Positions 37,387-51,110 of a DNA stretch of 64,000 nt are shown piece by piece. Source of the stretch: Haliotis rubra (taxonomy: Eukaryota). The notes below the pieces were generated by a model. The model did not search any database. It was not told where the DNA came from and worked only from the letters and a program-made list of their open reading frames with translations. The stretch lies in contig NW_025765159.1 of the NCBI RefSeq assembly GCF_003918875.1, positions 1,798,001-1,862,000 on the forward strand, written 5' to 3'. A program made the translations under genes and the position numbers. How positions within the stretch are numbered: position 1 is the stretch's first letter; every line of letters starts with the position of its first letter.

Positions 37387-37756
37387 TGTTGGTAATATGT
37401 GATCTTCAGATAGCTCTTGTCGATTGCTGGGTTGATGAGACAGACACGCGAGCATCAATCAACTATTGCGGTGCAAGGTACTCATCTATTCATGCTTGTT
37501 GTATGTGTACGGTGATGCACCTGTATTAAAACCTACAAAGCCTGTAATTTATTCTACTGGTTGTTATCGGTATGGTTGTTATCGGTATGGGATGTCAGTA
37601 TGTCATTCAGCCAATATCCCGGAATAGACTTATCGTGCCACTCTCCTACCCTTCTGCACCGTTTGTACCTTAGACTGTTACTCTGCCCTTCGCCTCCTAC
37701 CTTTGCCACAGCGAGATGTGACGATTTGCTAGATCTAGATAAATGTAAACTGTCTT

Positions 37757-38136
37757 AGGGTTGGTGGGTAGCCTTGTAGTTAAACCGTTCGCTCGTCAGG
37801 ACGAAGGCCTGGGTTCGATTACCCACATGGGTACAATGTGTGAAGCCCATATCTGGTGTCCCCCGCAGTGATATTGCTGGAATATTGCTAAAAGCGGCGT
37901 AAAACCCAACTCACTCACTCACTCATTCCTTCAATGCTTGGCGAGTCTACACATTAAAATAAACATATGTCACGAAATGCTTACCGTTCAATCATAAAAT
38001 ATCCTGAAACGAGAAGCGCTCTTCCGTCACTACGCTTTGTGTTAACCTCAGCTATTGCGCTAGTGAGTGAGTTGGGTTTTACACTGTACCGGCGTGAAGA
38101 GCGAACGCTTTAACCACTAGGCTACCACACCGCCCC
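37757..38136. mobile_element. SINE-A on plus (37757-37925) and internally deleted SINE-A on minus (38062-38136)
   Basis: The second copy is flanked by TSD CTATTGCGCT. Confidence 0.85.
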
Positions 38137-39094
38137 CTATTGCGCTGGCATGACGCTGTCGTAATTGTATACATATCCCACCAGCAGTCGTTACCTTGCA
38201 TAACAAGTATTCGGTAACGTGGTCACATCACTTTGGTATGCGTAACGCATTATCACGTGTGTTATTGAATAACGTATCGACGCCATTTATCTTACAATAC
38301 CTGCAATAATACATTTAATGGAAGCGCCCATCACCCGTTATTATGCAACAGTCAAGCAGTTTGTGTGGAATATGAAAATGATATATTTCGCTGTCTGATT
38401 TAGCCAATCATGTGGTTGATGTGATCAAATAACAGAGGGTGGCCGTATCTCTTTTCTCGATAAGATGTGTCTAAACAGAATCTAAATCTTGCACACCTTA
38501 TATGCGACGTGCATGTAGTATGGCTATGTATTATATGTGACATGCATGTAGTATGACTACGTATTAAGTACGTATATACGTTCTTGTGTCGATAATATCA
38601 TACGGCGAAAAATGGTGATTGGCGCGCACCGTCGGTAAATAAACCATCTATGTAACGCGACGTCGGGCATTGCTGCTATTAGGTATTCCAGGAGCGTCAG
38701 CTGCTTCATGGTGTAGTAATGGAAGATGTCAACTCCTGTTATGTATGATTTCTTTCATGTCGTATGGACCCATTCCAGTATTGGTCTACGAGCTCATCCG
38801 CAGTGAAAAACTGTCGGCAGTACACGCAGTGAATATCACCTATTGCTGGTTGAGGCGACTAATGAGATTTGGTGATCAAGGTGGTTGATTTGGTTGATCG
38901 CCATCGTACCTGAAAGCGTAGATTGATGCTCATGATGTCAGCCATTGTCTAGTTTCGATGATGTAAAGGATCAGAGATTAACCTGAGTTAGTGTTACCGT
39001 GTCTCCATGGCGACGAGTATTGCACGTGTTTTCAGTATTTGGCCTGGGCCGATTATTTGCAGAGATTTGAACACCTCAGCATTAAACAGCATTA

Positions 39095-39552
39095 GGGGCG
39101 GTGGGGTAGTCTAGTGGTTAAAGCGTTGGCTCGTCACACCGAAGACCCGGGTTCGATTCCCCACATGGGTACAATGCGTGAAGCCCATTTCTGGTGTCCC
39201 CCCGCCGTGATGTTGCTGGAATATTGCTAAAAGCGGCGTAAAACAAAACTCAGTCAGTCAGTAAACAGCATTAACTCACGACCAATCCTAATAAGCTCAT
39301 GGTTACAACTACTACAACGTCGTCTGCACCTTCCGCTGCAGCAACGCCAACTACGTCTTGTGATCAACGACATCCAAAGTTACTACTACTACTATTACTG
39401 CTACTACTACTTGGGGTAGCCCAGTGGTTCAAGCGTCGCTGGTCACACAGAAGACCCAGGTTCAATCACATGCGTACAATGTGTGAAACCCATTTCTGGT
39501 GTCCCTCGCCGCGACATTGATGGAATATTGATAACAACTGAAACTCACTCAC
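39095..39552 (+). mobile_element. Two SINE-A copies (39095-39261; about 39412-39552)
   Basis: The first has TSD TAAACAGCATTA. The second sits in a (CTA)n run. Confidence 0.88.
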
Positions 39553-40573
39553 TACTACAACCTCAGGGCAACCCTTGCGTACAAACGCAGTAATTAGATT
39601 TGCAGAGTCATGTCATTTACACATGCCAGGATCCGCTGATCTTCGAACCCAAAATTCTCAAAATTCATTGGTCTATCATCAAGTATCCCTGATCGGAGAT
39701 TCTTTTAAGCGTAAAGGTCAATGGCCAGGATTCCACATTCCAGCCCTACACAGGCCTAGTATAACTGAAAAACTAAAGCTACGTTGAATCTGACTTCGTC
39801 CTGTGAACACTTCCAGTTGTAATGGTACAGCGGTATGTTCATTTTCACAGTGAAAAAACATCTGTGGGCTCAACAATAGTTCCCGATCTCAGTTACCTTG
39901 TGTGTGTGCATCGTTATCTCCTACATCTGGTCTGCAGTGCACCCGGCATGAAGGTCATCTCTTCATCTAGTCCAGACTGACCATTTTATCGTAAGCAGCG
40001 CCTCTCGTGCCTGTTTAATGGGCATCCAGATTAATATTTGAAAAACGCGTTATCAGGATGTTCAGTTGACAGTGTAAACATGTAATGATTAATTAGTTTC
40101 TTAAATAAGAAATGAACTTTTTTGTTTTACGATGGTCTTTGGGAAGATGAGTGTTGAGCATTTCAGAAATCTATACCTTGTTGTGAAATGAATAAGAAAC
40201 AACTGGGTACAAAAAGAAGCAGACATTTCTTTAGTTTTACTGTCAGTGTTGATGATTGCCACGGATTTTTTTTTATAGTCATTAGAACAGTTCAACGCCA
40301 GCTTGAACACATGCCCAAGACAATCGTTAATGTAGGAAATTCTGAAGTCACTGTGGAGAATTGGTTTTCAAGTAGAAAAAGAAAGCTCTCGTGAAATCAA
40401 AACATGATTCTCGTTCTCTTTGAGCAAATTGCATATTGGTTTTGCTGAAAAAATCTTGTCTTTTGGAGGAGCGTCACCCTGGCAACCTGTTAAGGAGTGT
40501 TGTGTGGCCTTGACCCTCGGCACAGCACAGCAATTGGAATGAATTTGAATCTTGAAGATGTCTCTGTAGTGGG

Positions 40574-41157
40574 CATTCGTGACCCACTCGTGTTATTCCG
40601 GGGTGTTACGGAAAGGGGCGAGTGGTGACGAATGTGTAGTGCGCTACATTCGTAACTACTCGAGTCATTCCGGCAAGCCGGCTGGCGTCTCGTACCCCTC
40701 TCGTGGCCATGTTTACAACTGGGCCCTATCTAAGCGCAAACGGGCATGTAGATGAAAATAGTCTAGTACTATTACAAAGGAAAGATAACTCTGAATTTCC
40801 AAACATGGCTCACAGAATATCCTACATTCCGTGGGCAAAACGGCAGTACAGTCATTCCCTTTGTAAATATATGTTTCTCTAAAATTCAGTGTTTAAAGTT
40901 TCTGATCCTTTAGCTCAAAGTTAAAATTGTGCTTTGCATAGTTTAGCGAAGTTTCAACGGTGCCGCCATTTTCATGCTTCGAAATGCGTTTTACTACGCG
41001 CGATTTGATTGGTTTGCCACGATTCTCGGCAATTATGGCGTACAATAAGGGTACGAGTCTTCTTGTAGGTCACCGAAAGAGGCGAGTAGTTACGAATGTC
41101 GTAACTATTCCTGTCATATCTTGTAGGTCACGGGAAAGAAGCGAGTAGTTACGAATG
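40574..41157. mobile_element. Composite of CATTCGT...ACGAATG TIR elements with 9-bp TSD
   Basis: TSD TGTAGTGGG at 40565-40573 and 41158-41166. Internal termini at 40634, 40647 and about 41098. Confidence 0.8.
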
Positions 41158-41404
41158 TGTAGTGGGAGGTTAAGGTCGCTTTGGTGGCCGGGGTTCTGGA
41201 TGCATGTGACGAGGGTTGGCTTGTTGGGTTGTCACCTTGTCCCCACGTCATTTCAAAGGATGACAGGTAACTGGTTTGTCTCATCAATGCTAGCGATCCA
41301 GCCGGTGTGTAATGCCGAAACACCATTCACCCTTCCTTCATGGTAGTGCCATAGGAAGCCAGAGTGTTCCTCTGGGGTAGTTGTAGTACCATGCCATCAA
41401 CAGG

Positions 41405-41568
41405 GAGTGAGTTAGTTTATTTTTACGCCGCATTTAGCAATATTCCAGCAATATCACGGCGACGTGCACTAGAAATGGACTTCACACACTGTACTCATGT
41501 AGGGAATCGAACCCGGTTCTTCGGCGTGACGAGTGAACGCTTTAACCACTAGGCTACCCCACCGCCCC
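41405..41568 (-). mobile_element. SINE-A
   Basis: Reverse complement of the consensus. Confidence 0.88.
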
Positions 41569-43263
41569 AAGTGACGACAGGAATGGTAACATTTTGTATG
41601 TTTGTAACAATAGAACCACGTTTTAACACATTTTTATCACGTGGATTGTCTTAATTCAAAGAAATGTAAATGTTCATATAAAACACTTGCTCATTTCAAC
41701 AGATCGTTATACAACCTTAAGATGCCCTCATTTTAACAGTTTGAATAGGAAAGTAGATACTTCAACATGTTCTCTTTAATCAGTTAAGACAAATATTAAT
41801 TGAACCAAATGTTAAAGGTATTTTGGAACTAATAATAAAAATAATTGTATTTTATGTAATCAATAACTTTGAGCGATATACATGTTACAATAAAACTTGA
41901 TAAAAGACGGCCAGATCAGATTTCTCCAATTGGCCTATATCCAGAAATGATGGCCGTGCATATATCTATCTCAGCGTTAGGGGTCTAGACTTGCACAAGT
42001 CTTCTAAGGTAACAATTAATACTTTAAATGATAATATCTGAAAATAATAAATAACAGACTGGGGTCCTTAGATACCAAATAGTAAATGTATTTTGAAGCT
42101 AATAATCATTGTATTAGTACTGTCCGCTTATCTAGACTTGCCACTTCGAAGGACTGAATTACTATACATCCATGGGCTCAGCCTTTAGTACAGCCTTGAA
42201 GCAAGACTAGTTAGAGATCATGCTGTAACACATATCTCAACTGAATCTATCACAAACGGCTTGCCTGTGGAGCCTCATTATATACTTCATCCTTTTGATT
42301 AACTGCGTTGGATCCAATATTGTCGGCTTGAAGTTCTGTTTCATTTCAGATCATTGACTTATTATGATTTTCATCTTCTGTTACTATGTTTTTGCCTCAG
42401 GATGACTCTGATTTGATGTTTCACATTCGTTTTAGACACGCTAATGTTAGGCAAGACATAATTTACAAGATAGTTGACATCTCATACTCGTTTTAGAGAT
42501 AATCGCTTTTGATTAAACATATCTGTAGAGATATCTGACGTCGTTTATAGATGAAAAGAAGGCGTCTTCTATCAACAGATGGAGCAAGAGCATGTCTGTG
42601 AACTTTGAAATAAAATTCAATTTGTTCAATGGTAATGGCTGACAAGCATTGTATTGAGTTTGTGTAAATGAATTTTTCTTTCGTTCAAAGCCTTCTAGGT
42701 AGTCTTTACACAGCTACTGTTGCAAACATGATTGCTTGCTTAACATTTCACCTGCAGTGCCCTTCATGGACCCTGTTTATAACACTGTTTTAACTTTAAT
42801 TAACCAACTTATTCTTTAAGTCCTTTTTCAATTCTTTCATCTAACACTGTTCTCATGTACTTGTAATGTTTTACCTGTACTAAATCAACCTTTATCTTTG
42901 CATGCAATTTTACCATAGAGGTTTTTAACATACCTACTTCCGGGTACCCATGTATACAACCATTACCTCCTTATTTCATATTTTAGTCCAGTTTATCTTT
43001 TAACATCAGTTTGTTTATGTCTACTCCCCATATACCACGACGGTATCCAAGTTGCAACTATTTATATTTGAACCTAGATATTTCAGGTATTTTATTATAT
43101 GAAATTAAACCTTATCAAAATCAGTGTATCTGAGTAATCTGACCCATATAGTTTCACCATATCTCAAAATAAGTTACCACGGTAATAGCAGCTTTCTGTC
43201 ATACTCTCGGGTACCCATGTATACACGTTTCTATAGTTTGACCTTTAGCGTCCTCTGTTACAG

Positions 43264-43423
43264 GCTATGGTTCGTGGAGCTGATGCTGATCGGCGTGGTG
43301 GTGTCCATGTTTGTACTGGGGACGCTGTTTCTCCTGTGTGGACATCTCTCCACTGACCCCACGAGCCGAAGGGTCTTCAACTCCTCCGCCAAGAACAGGT
43401 GCGCCCGGGGACTCAACATCTTT
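43264..43423 (+). CDS. M6: Proteolipid M6/PLP-family exon 3 (TM2 + basic cytoplasmic loop)
   Basis: Acceptor CCTCTGTTACAG, phase 2 (GT+G=Val); donor GTAAGT, phase 0. Encodes LWFVELMLIGVVVSMFVLGTLFLLCGHLSTDPTSRRVFNSSAKNRCARGLNIF, resembling M6 'GFlaTgaTr.kvy....sr.ggr'. Codons are GC3-rich. Confidence 0.9.
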
Positions 43424-43429
43424 GTAAGT

Positions 43430-43592
43430 ATTCATTTCATTCGTTCGTTCGTAAATTTGTCCGCCCGTCCGTTCATTAATTAATTCATCCAATCATCCGT
43501 TCATTTATCCATCCATCCATTCATCATTTGTCCAATGTCTCGTTCGTTCGTTTATCCATTCAATCATTCGTTCATTGATCGATCATTCATTC
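43430..43592. repeat. Degenerate (TTCA/TCCA/TTCG)n tract directly after exon 3
   Basis: Direct inspection. Confidence 0.8.
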
Positions 43593-44899
43593 TTTATCTA
43601 TCGATCAGTACATTTCAGTTGTGGCGGCTGACATAGATACAAGTATATATCATTTTGTTATGTGTAAGTTTGCGTGCTTAACATACATATATATACACAT
43701 AATGGATATATAGTCTTCGGAGTGTGCCTTTGCATGCAGCCTAGTTCCTTGAGTAGACATCGTGATCTCACTGAAACACTGCCCAAAGCAGCATCAAACT
43801 CCACTCACTCACTAACTCAGCACATTGCCTCCTTGTCGCGCAATTGTTTTTGAACGTCCAGAAATGTCGCTGTGACGAGCTTGTCAACGATGGTGTGAGG
43901 TTTAATGCTTCAAAGTACGTTAACTGGTTCTGCTGTTGGTATGCGCAGACTTCATGCGTTTTATTGATATCTTGTAGACAAGAGCCAAGTATTTTTCGCA
44001 CGTGGGCGGAATTTGTTAAACTGGTCTCAAATTGCTTCAAAGACTGTAAACCAGCCCTAAACCATGTAAATATATACTTCTCCTTGAACGAATATCGATA
44101 AGTGGCCGGTGTGAATCTGTTTGATGGAGAGTAACAAAACGCTTTGCCCAGTTTATTGCAACCTTATGGCCACATGAACATAAATATCGGAAACTGTTAA
44201 AATTGCTTGTCTGGAACGATCCTTTCAACTATGATTAGGCTAGTATTTTAGGAGCTAACATTGCATAATTGTTTTTTAGAAAAGCTATGTTCGAAATTTT
44301 ATTGCCAAGTTGGGTTCTGACGTTGGAATCTATGTGGACATGATCCCATTTTCGCAATTCTTAGGGTTATAAATATTTATTTTATTCATTAACAAATTAG
44401 CCCGAATTCCGGCTCCTTGAATTTATAGGCTATAAGGCCTTGGTCTTTCCTGTACGTTCACGGACAAGCTGTAAGCTGATACTTATTTGATGATGGTTTT
44501 AAAATATTCCTTCCTGCTCGTGAAACTACGGGGAATATAATTGACCTTGACCTTTCCCAACTCGGCAAATGGTCAGGGTCACTGAATACTTACACGAAAG
44601 GTCATATGAACAATAGTCCTCGTGTTCCTTCCACTTCGAGTTTAGTGCAGTCGACAAACCTTTATACTGTGTTGACATTTCTAGACCGTGTCATATTTGA
44701 AAATTTACGAGGATGCATGTGTTATTAACGAAGGTTTGGGGTCAGGGTTGAGTCAAATGTCTTCCGAAATCTGATTTTAAGCTCATTTATTTTGATGATG
44801 TGAATAAATAGAGCAGTTAATGAGTGAGAATGGTTCTGGTCGCTAGTAGCAATATTCCAGAAATACCACGGCTGCGCTTCACACAGTGTAGCCCTAAGG

Positions 44900-45253
44900 T
44901 GGTGGTGGTGGAATTGGGTTTAACGTCGTGCTTGAGAATATTTCGCTCATATGACGACGTGCATGCGTGTGTATGTGTATGTGCGGCTGCTTGTACTAGC
45001 CCAGACTTAAGCTGGTTTTATAGTGCTAGCCCACTGAGATACCACGCCGTAGTGAAGCATGAATACCCCACTCAGACACATTATGCTGACTCCAAGCCGA
45101 CCAGTCCTTGTTGTACCCATTAATGGCGAGCGCCAGGCAGGGACCAACAAGTACCATATTTTAACGTCTTTTGGTATGACGCGGTCGGGGATCGAACCCG
45201 CGACCTTCCACACTCCGGGCGGACGCTCTAACCACTACACCACGGAGGCGGTC
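44900..45253 (-). mobile_element. tRNA-derived SINE with Meta/MESC-like central domain (SINE-C), nested in a decayed SINE-A
   Basis: tRNA head (GGTGTAGTGGTTAGAGCG..GGGTTCGATCCCC), then GTCATACCAAAAGACGTTAAAATATGGTAC..CCCTGCCTGGCGCTC, and a (CAC)n tail. 13-bp TSD TGTAGCCCTAAGG at 44887-44899 and 45254-45266. Confidence 0.88.
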
Positions 45254-45684
45254 TGTAGCCCTAAGGGGTTTTGGCATAACGAGTGAACACTTCAACCACA
45301 AGACTAGCCCACTGACCAATTCAGTAAATGGTTGCCCTTATTACACACGCCAACATGTCATGTTGTCATGTGTCTTGTTTTCACAGTATTTAACTTTGGT
45401 TTGAAGGGCATGTTTACACGAAAATTAACCTTTTTGTCTGCACTTTTTCATCATAAACAGTGTTTGTCAAGTAGTTTCATAGCCAAAATAGTACAGATAT
45501 CAAAAGTAACTAATTCATTTTTTGAGTTCTAACGATTAATATTTTCCACATCAACCGAGAGATCAATGTCCACAATAAACACACCATGGCTTATGTCCCT
45601 TGAAATTGACGTCATTGGTGCCCAACTGATAAACGAATGATATCGTTAGACCTTATTAGACCCATTTCACGTGGTGTATCTAGC

Positions 45685-45905
45685 ACCCGTGGAGATCCGC
45701 GTTAGAATTAATCTTCAGCGACCCATGCTTGTTGTAAGAGGCGACTAACGGGATCGGATGGTCAGACTCGCTGACTTGGTTGACACATGTCATCGTATCC
45801 CAGTTGCGTAGATTGATGCTCATGATGTCAGTCACTAGATTGACTGCTCCAGGCGCGATCATTTGCAAACCGCCGTCATATAGCTGGAATAATATATTGG
45901 AATGT
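45685..45905 (+). mobile_element. SINE-B
   Basis: Starts ACCCGTGGAGATCC. Confidence 0.85.
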
Positions 45906-47149
45906 GGAATGTTCATCTACCCCTGTTCGTTTACCGACTGGCTGTTTGGAAGGGGGAACTGGGGGTCGGGGTGGTTTGTTCCGACACAACGTCTTTAAAA
46001 CCCTTCAACAAGCGTAAATAATAAGCACAATACAATTATCTTCGCTCTGTCATGGCAATCTAAACTTTCATCCCTCCTATACGAAATCAAAGGCCTTCAC
46101 ACCATCAATCTTGCTCTCTGTGACAGTTCAACGCTATCTGATTACGTCATTCGGCCTTTCCGTGCTGATGCGCTAAAATAATCCACACGTTCACTGGCGA
46201 CAAAATCCCCCAGCTTCGTTCTAGACAAAAAACTGACACAACCTCTCACATAACACAAAGCTCCTGCTGTTTCGACACGAGTAAACTAATACTCGTACAG
46301 TAACCAAGAACAAAGCTTTTCCCTCTCAATCCCGCGTAATCGTATTTACTGACAACCAGGAACGGACGATCGCTCGTACAATCAACACCAAGCGATCCGT
46401 TCTCGCGGCCACGTCTAAAACAGTGCGACATCACCACACAGAACATATAGCAAGTCCCCAGATTCAAGATATTCATAGCCACGGCTATTGATTCAACGCT
46501 GTGATGGAATATTGTCCCCCTAGTGCCCGTCTCTATCAACCCCCATTCACAATCCCCAGCACGCCAGCAAGTAGACCCCGCCGGCTTTATGATGTAAGGG
46601 CGTTATGCTGTATGGATAATGGAATCACTATACTGTCAGTACGGGGTCTGGTGTTTATATGGGCTGGGATGGAACCATGCTTGCCGAGCGGACGGCGAAA
46701 TATCAATTCTTATTTAATTCCCGGTATCATGTTTGATCAAAGCTGTTACACATGTTTATATGTGATTATCCTATCGGATGCTTTAATTGAATCGTCGCAT
46801 ATCATCAATGACGTATTTACGAGTGTTTAAGTAGACCCCAGTCGGTGTTTAGCCCTGGCAATTTTTGTTTTGCTTTCAGAATTATTACAGGCCTGTTGTT
46901 TGGAATGTATTTGCTAATAGGCACATGGCACTATAAAGTATATTATAAAAATGGGAATCCAATCGCCAGAGAGACGGCGGAATGGGTGGCCAGGTGGATA
47001 GGGTGGCCTCCATTTATGCCTAGTGATCGGGTTCGATTTCCAATATTGGTGAAATTTAGGACGATCTACTCTCTGTATTCTTGTTCTGACATCACTAACA
47101 ATATCCATTTTTCATAATATGTTAATTGTTTTCACAAAGTGGCCCTTAA

Positions 47150-47676
47150 AATTTATCTTACCTCAGACATAAGTGTCGCGTTCTGATTGGCTGAGCGCTC
47201 TTCTATTATTTTCAATGTATCCCGCTTACAAGCGAGTAACATTTCAATGTACCCCGCTGTCAATGGCAAATCATTTTGTACTTCGCGGTAGTAATTCTTT
47301 ATCTCGAATAACATTGAAACACGTATGATCTACGGAAATTACCGATGTTTTGCGAATGCAAATCGATGGACGGGAGATAACTCTAAATCTGTTTTTCTTG
47401 TCAGCAAAATCTAGCGATGGCTACAAAAAGATTTGTACCCATGCTTCAAACAATTCAAAATTAACATTAAGGTGTTAAGATAAATACGTTGTTCACTGGT
47501 CCCTCGGGGCCCATGGGTTGATGTACCCTTGATGTTTGTGTATGTTCCCTGAGACCAACCAGTGTGTGTGTGTGTGCCCCCGAGAGACCACTGAGCCCGA
47601 AGGGCGAGGGGAATATAAACAAACATCGAGGGTACATCAACCCATGCCCCCTCGTGACCAGTGAACAACTTATTAT
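47150..47676. mobile_element. Putative non-autonomous element (Crypton-like) ending in a long hairpin
   Basis: ~60-bp inverted arms at 47488-47549 and 47609-47669, with CCCGAAGGGCGAGG in the loop. TTCTGATTGGCTGA near the other end. Confidence 0.55.
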
Positions 47677-47994
47677 ATTAAAAACATACATGTCAGTATT
47701 TACATGAGGACATTTGGTGATTCAGAATGCTTAGACGATGTGACGACTTTAAAGTTATTTGTGACGTATTTGTTTCTTTTTAACAGCATATCAAATTATT
47801 TTACTACACGAGAAGGGTAATATGTGGAAATCAGTTGGTCACAGTGAATGGCAAAACATGGATACTGTCTAAAAAGTAAATTCTGTCACATAATCACATT
47901 TGCCAATGTATAGGTGGATCGGCATAATGATATTTGTTTTCTGGTTAAAGCATCACGGTACTAGCTAAATACAGACACATGCCTTTAATGATTA

Positions 47995-48857
47995 GGTGGG
48001 GTAGCCTAGTGGTGCTTGCGTCTGTCTGCCACTTTGAAAACCCGGTCTCGATACCCCCTATATGAGTACTGTGTGTGAAGCCCATTTTTGGTGTCCGCCG
48101 CCGTGATGTTGCTGGAATATATATCTGGCGTAAGACCATGCGTCATTCACTAAATCACTCAGGTAATGATTAGGTTGAGCTGTCATTGTTCTGCGGTAGG
48201 TTGGCTCCTTTTTAACAGAAACTTCGGACACGTAGAGCTGACCGAACTACAAAATATGTTTAGGTTCAACCGAAATTACGTAAACGAATGAACACTTTTC
48301 GGTTATATATCACACCCGGTGTCCTAGACGTCCGAGGCGCCGCAATTCCCTGTATACAGATTTCCCTCCTTTGTTCACACCGAAACCCTCGATCGTGGGT
48401 TCGAATCCCGGTTCAACTCGATTATCGTTCTTACTTTCTCACGATGTGGTTTCACCAAAGGGCTAAACGTCTGGGGCCTGCAGCACTCTCTTCCCATATT
48501 AAACTGAAATGCTTTGATATAAATGGAATGCCGTTCACGTCGGCGTTAAACCCAACTCACTCACTCATAATTTCCAAAGCTAAGCTTTTAACGTAGTTTA
48601 TTGAAAGACATGTTGAACGCAAGTGCTGGAGCGGGGATTGCTAAAATATGAATGAGTTTTTGTGGTATGTTTAGTACTGTTCAAGAAATATTCGGGGCGG
48701 TGGTGTAGCCTAGTGGTTAAAGCGTTCGCTCGTCACGCGTAAGATCCGGGTTCGATTCCCCACATGGGTACATTGTGTGAAGCCCATTTCTGGTGTCCCC
48801 CGCCGTGATATTGTTGGAATATTGCTAAAAGCGGCGTAAAACCATACTCACTCACTC
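47995..48857 (+). mobile_element. SINE cluster: diverged SINE-A (47995-48160), a different SINE with B box and related tail (about 48310-48566), SINE-A (48694-48857)
   Basis: The last copy has TSD TCAAGAAATATTC. The middle copy has GGGTTCGAATCCC and ends CGGCGTTAAACCCAACTCACTCACTC. Confidence 0.8.
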
Positions 48858-49446
48858 AAGAAATATTCACTGCGGTCAGTGCGGTGGCACCCGGAATGAC
48901 ATTCACATGACAGACACGACTTCGACGACGGCTGAATGCTTTAACCATCGCCCCGCCATTGCAAAACTACATGCACGAATCTACCGCCCAGCACATGAAC
49001 AAAAGCTGTTTTCTAACCCTTGACGTTTCTCTGTGAATTTCTTGGAGGATGGAGGCGTTTTTGAATAAAAACATGGGTATTTAGTCAACCTTATTAGCGA
49101 AGCTGACATTCCAATCGATATCGCTTGCCGGAAGAACTCGGTGTGGCACTGTTCGGGTTTCTGGCAGAAGAGCTGGCTAAAAAGTCACCGGTGGTTGCCG
49201 GATAAATTCGCTTCACAATCGGAGAGTTCTTCACATAATCCTTCTTCAATTGTGCCTCTTGAGAAATAGAATTCCGTTGTTTGAAGTTTTTTGGCGTGGG
49301 AGAGGTTCGACAAGTAACGCGACATTTTGCCGACATGGTTGCACGGATACAGACAGCGATACATGGGGCAGAAAAAAGACAAATCTAGGTGATGACGACA
49401 TACAGGCAGACTGAAGACATACAAACATAGATAGCACATACATACA

Positions 49447-49625
49447 TGAGTGAGTGAGTGAGTTTAGCATTACGCCCCTTTTACCAATATTTCAGCAGTA
49501 GCACGGCGTGAGACATCAAAGAAATGGTCTTCACACATTGTGTCCATGTGGGGAATGGTACCTGTCTTGGGCGTGACTAGCGAACGCTTTAGAACTAGGC
49601 TTAAATCACCCCCCACCCCCGCCCC
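49447..49625 (-). mobile_element. SINE-A, diverged
   Basis: Partial reverse-complement match. Confidence 0.75.
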
Positions 49626-49789
49626 TCGGTCCATGCAGGAAACGAGAGGGAATGTTAGTTTATAAAGGACTATTTTCTTGCTTTAATGCATCGAAGTTCG
49701 AAGTATATTGTTATGTTTTGAGCTATATGAATGTTAATTTGTACGATAACCATCGATGAAGATAGTGGTTAGAACTGGTAACCACCCCC

Positions 49790-50017
49790 CCACCCCGCAT
49801 GTCATGTACAAAATCAATGACACCCCGACCCCCTGCCCATAATTTCTAAGGATAATTTAAACATATTTTTATGTACAAAATTGCTGACCCGCCCTAGAAA
49901 GTGTGTACAAAATTGCTGACCCCTAGCTCCCCAGAACGAAATGGGTGACCCCCTTAAAATCATCATCAACACCCCACCCCCACCCCACTCCCTAACTATA
50001 AATTATGAACGGTTCCT
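49790..50017. mobile_element. PIF/Harbinger-like MITE 3' half; the matching 5' half of the family is at about 51289-51440
   Basis: Shared CATGTCATGTACAAAATCAATGACACCCC. Terminal ATAAATTATGAACGGTTCC-TAA versus GGAACCATTTATAATT. Confidence 0.55.
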
Positions 50018-51110
50018 AAGAACTGGTTTCCTTAAACACCCGTTTTCTCTCGGGACTTGCAGTATATTCATCTATAGACAATGGTTGGCAGAGAAATAGC
50101 CCTCAGTATGTGAATATCTCAACCATTTCCTTCTGGTGGTTATGGCAACCAACTCTGAAATTCATGAATATTGTATTCAGTTCAGTCCAATTTCTCCCAT
50201 ATCGAAAACACTTTCCCTACTCTGATAGTTTCTGTATTACGTTTCACAAACAAAATGATCTAAAAAACTACTACTTTCTTACTTTCTTTCCAGAGTAAAT
50301 AGAAAAGACTCTTTTTTCACTGGAGCATGCTTAAGGAGAGGGCAGGTTTCTTTGAAGCCGTACTCTGTCAATTTCACGCAGAATGTACACTGCCAATGTC
50401 TCTGGCTGCTCTCGTGGGATGTTCTAACCATGCGTGCACTTGAGGAAGGTCTTACGAAAGTTTTTACCAGATCGTCGGTTCAATATTGAGCAAGAATGTC
50501 TTTTTAGAGTAATATCGAGTTCTCCATACTCAATACGTCTTTTAAGAGACACACCAAAGGCTGTTTTATGAATTTCCATAATTGATAATGCTTTTATGAG
50601 ATTACGGTGTTGATGTTATTTCTTCAGCCAAAAATGACACTGGTTGCGTTCGCGATTGGGAAAACCACGTACCTCAATCAGTAGTATCGATCTTTGACGT
50701 CGGGATAATACTCGCCGAGCTAAAGCTGTCAATAAATATCGGGTTTGGACGGTATGAGTTTAGACGGATGCGTCATTCCAAGACAGTATAGAACAACTCA
50801 TCGCAGAGTTAATTGTGAAGTTTTGTAAAAGAAAATTAAACTGGACAAATATGCATGATATTCCAGACTGGTTATATGCAGTGAAACATGTGCGGATCTT
50901 GACACGCGATTTGGTAATATGAATAAAACAGAATATGACTGCCTGCCTGCAGATTGGAAGCATGAGCTTTAATCTACGTCGGTATCAGTAGGAGTATCAA
51001 TACACATCGAATTGCCAATCAGGGTGTTTTTATGTCAATGTTTTTTTCAGACGGCTTCGTTGTAGACTCGTTGCGAACGACGGGGATATTAATGTCCAGA
51101 TGAATTTAGT

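Noticed and set aside
49094-49470. Possible nested antisense exon in intron 3
   Set aside because: No recognisable product or consistent splice partners, and it overlaps a SINE tail.
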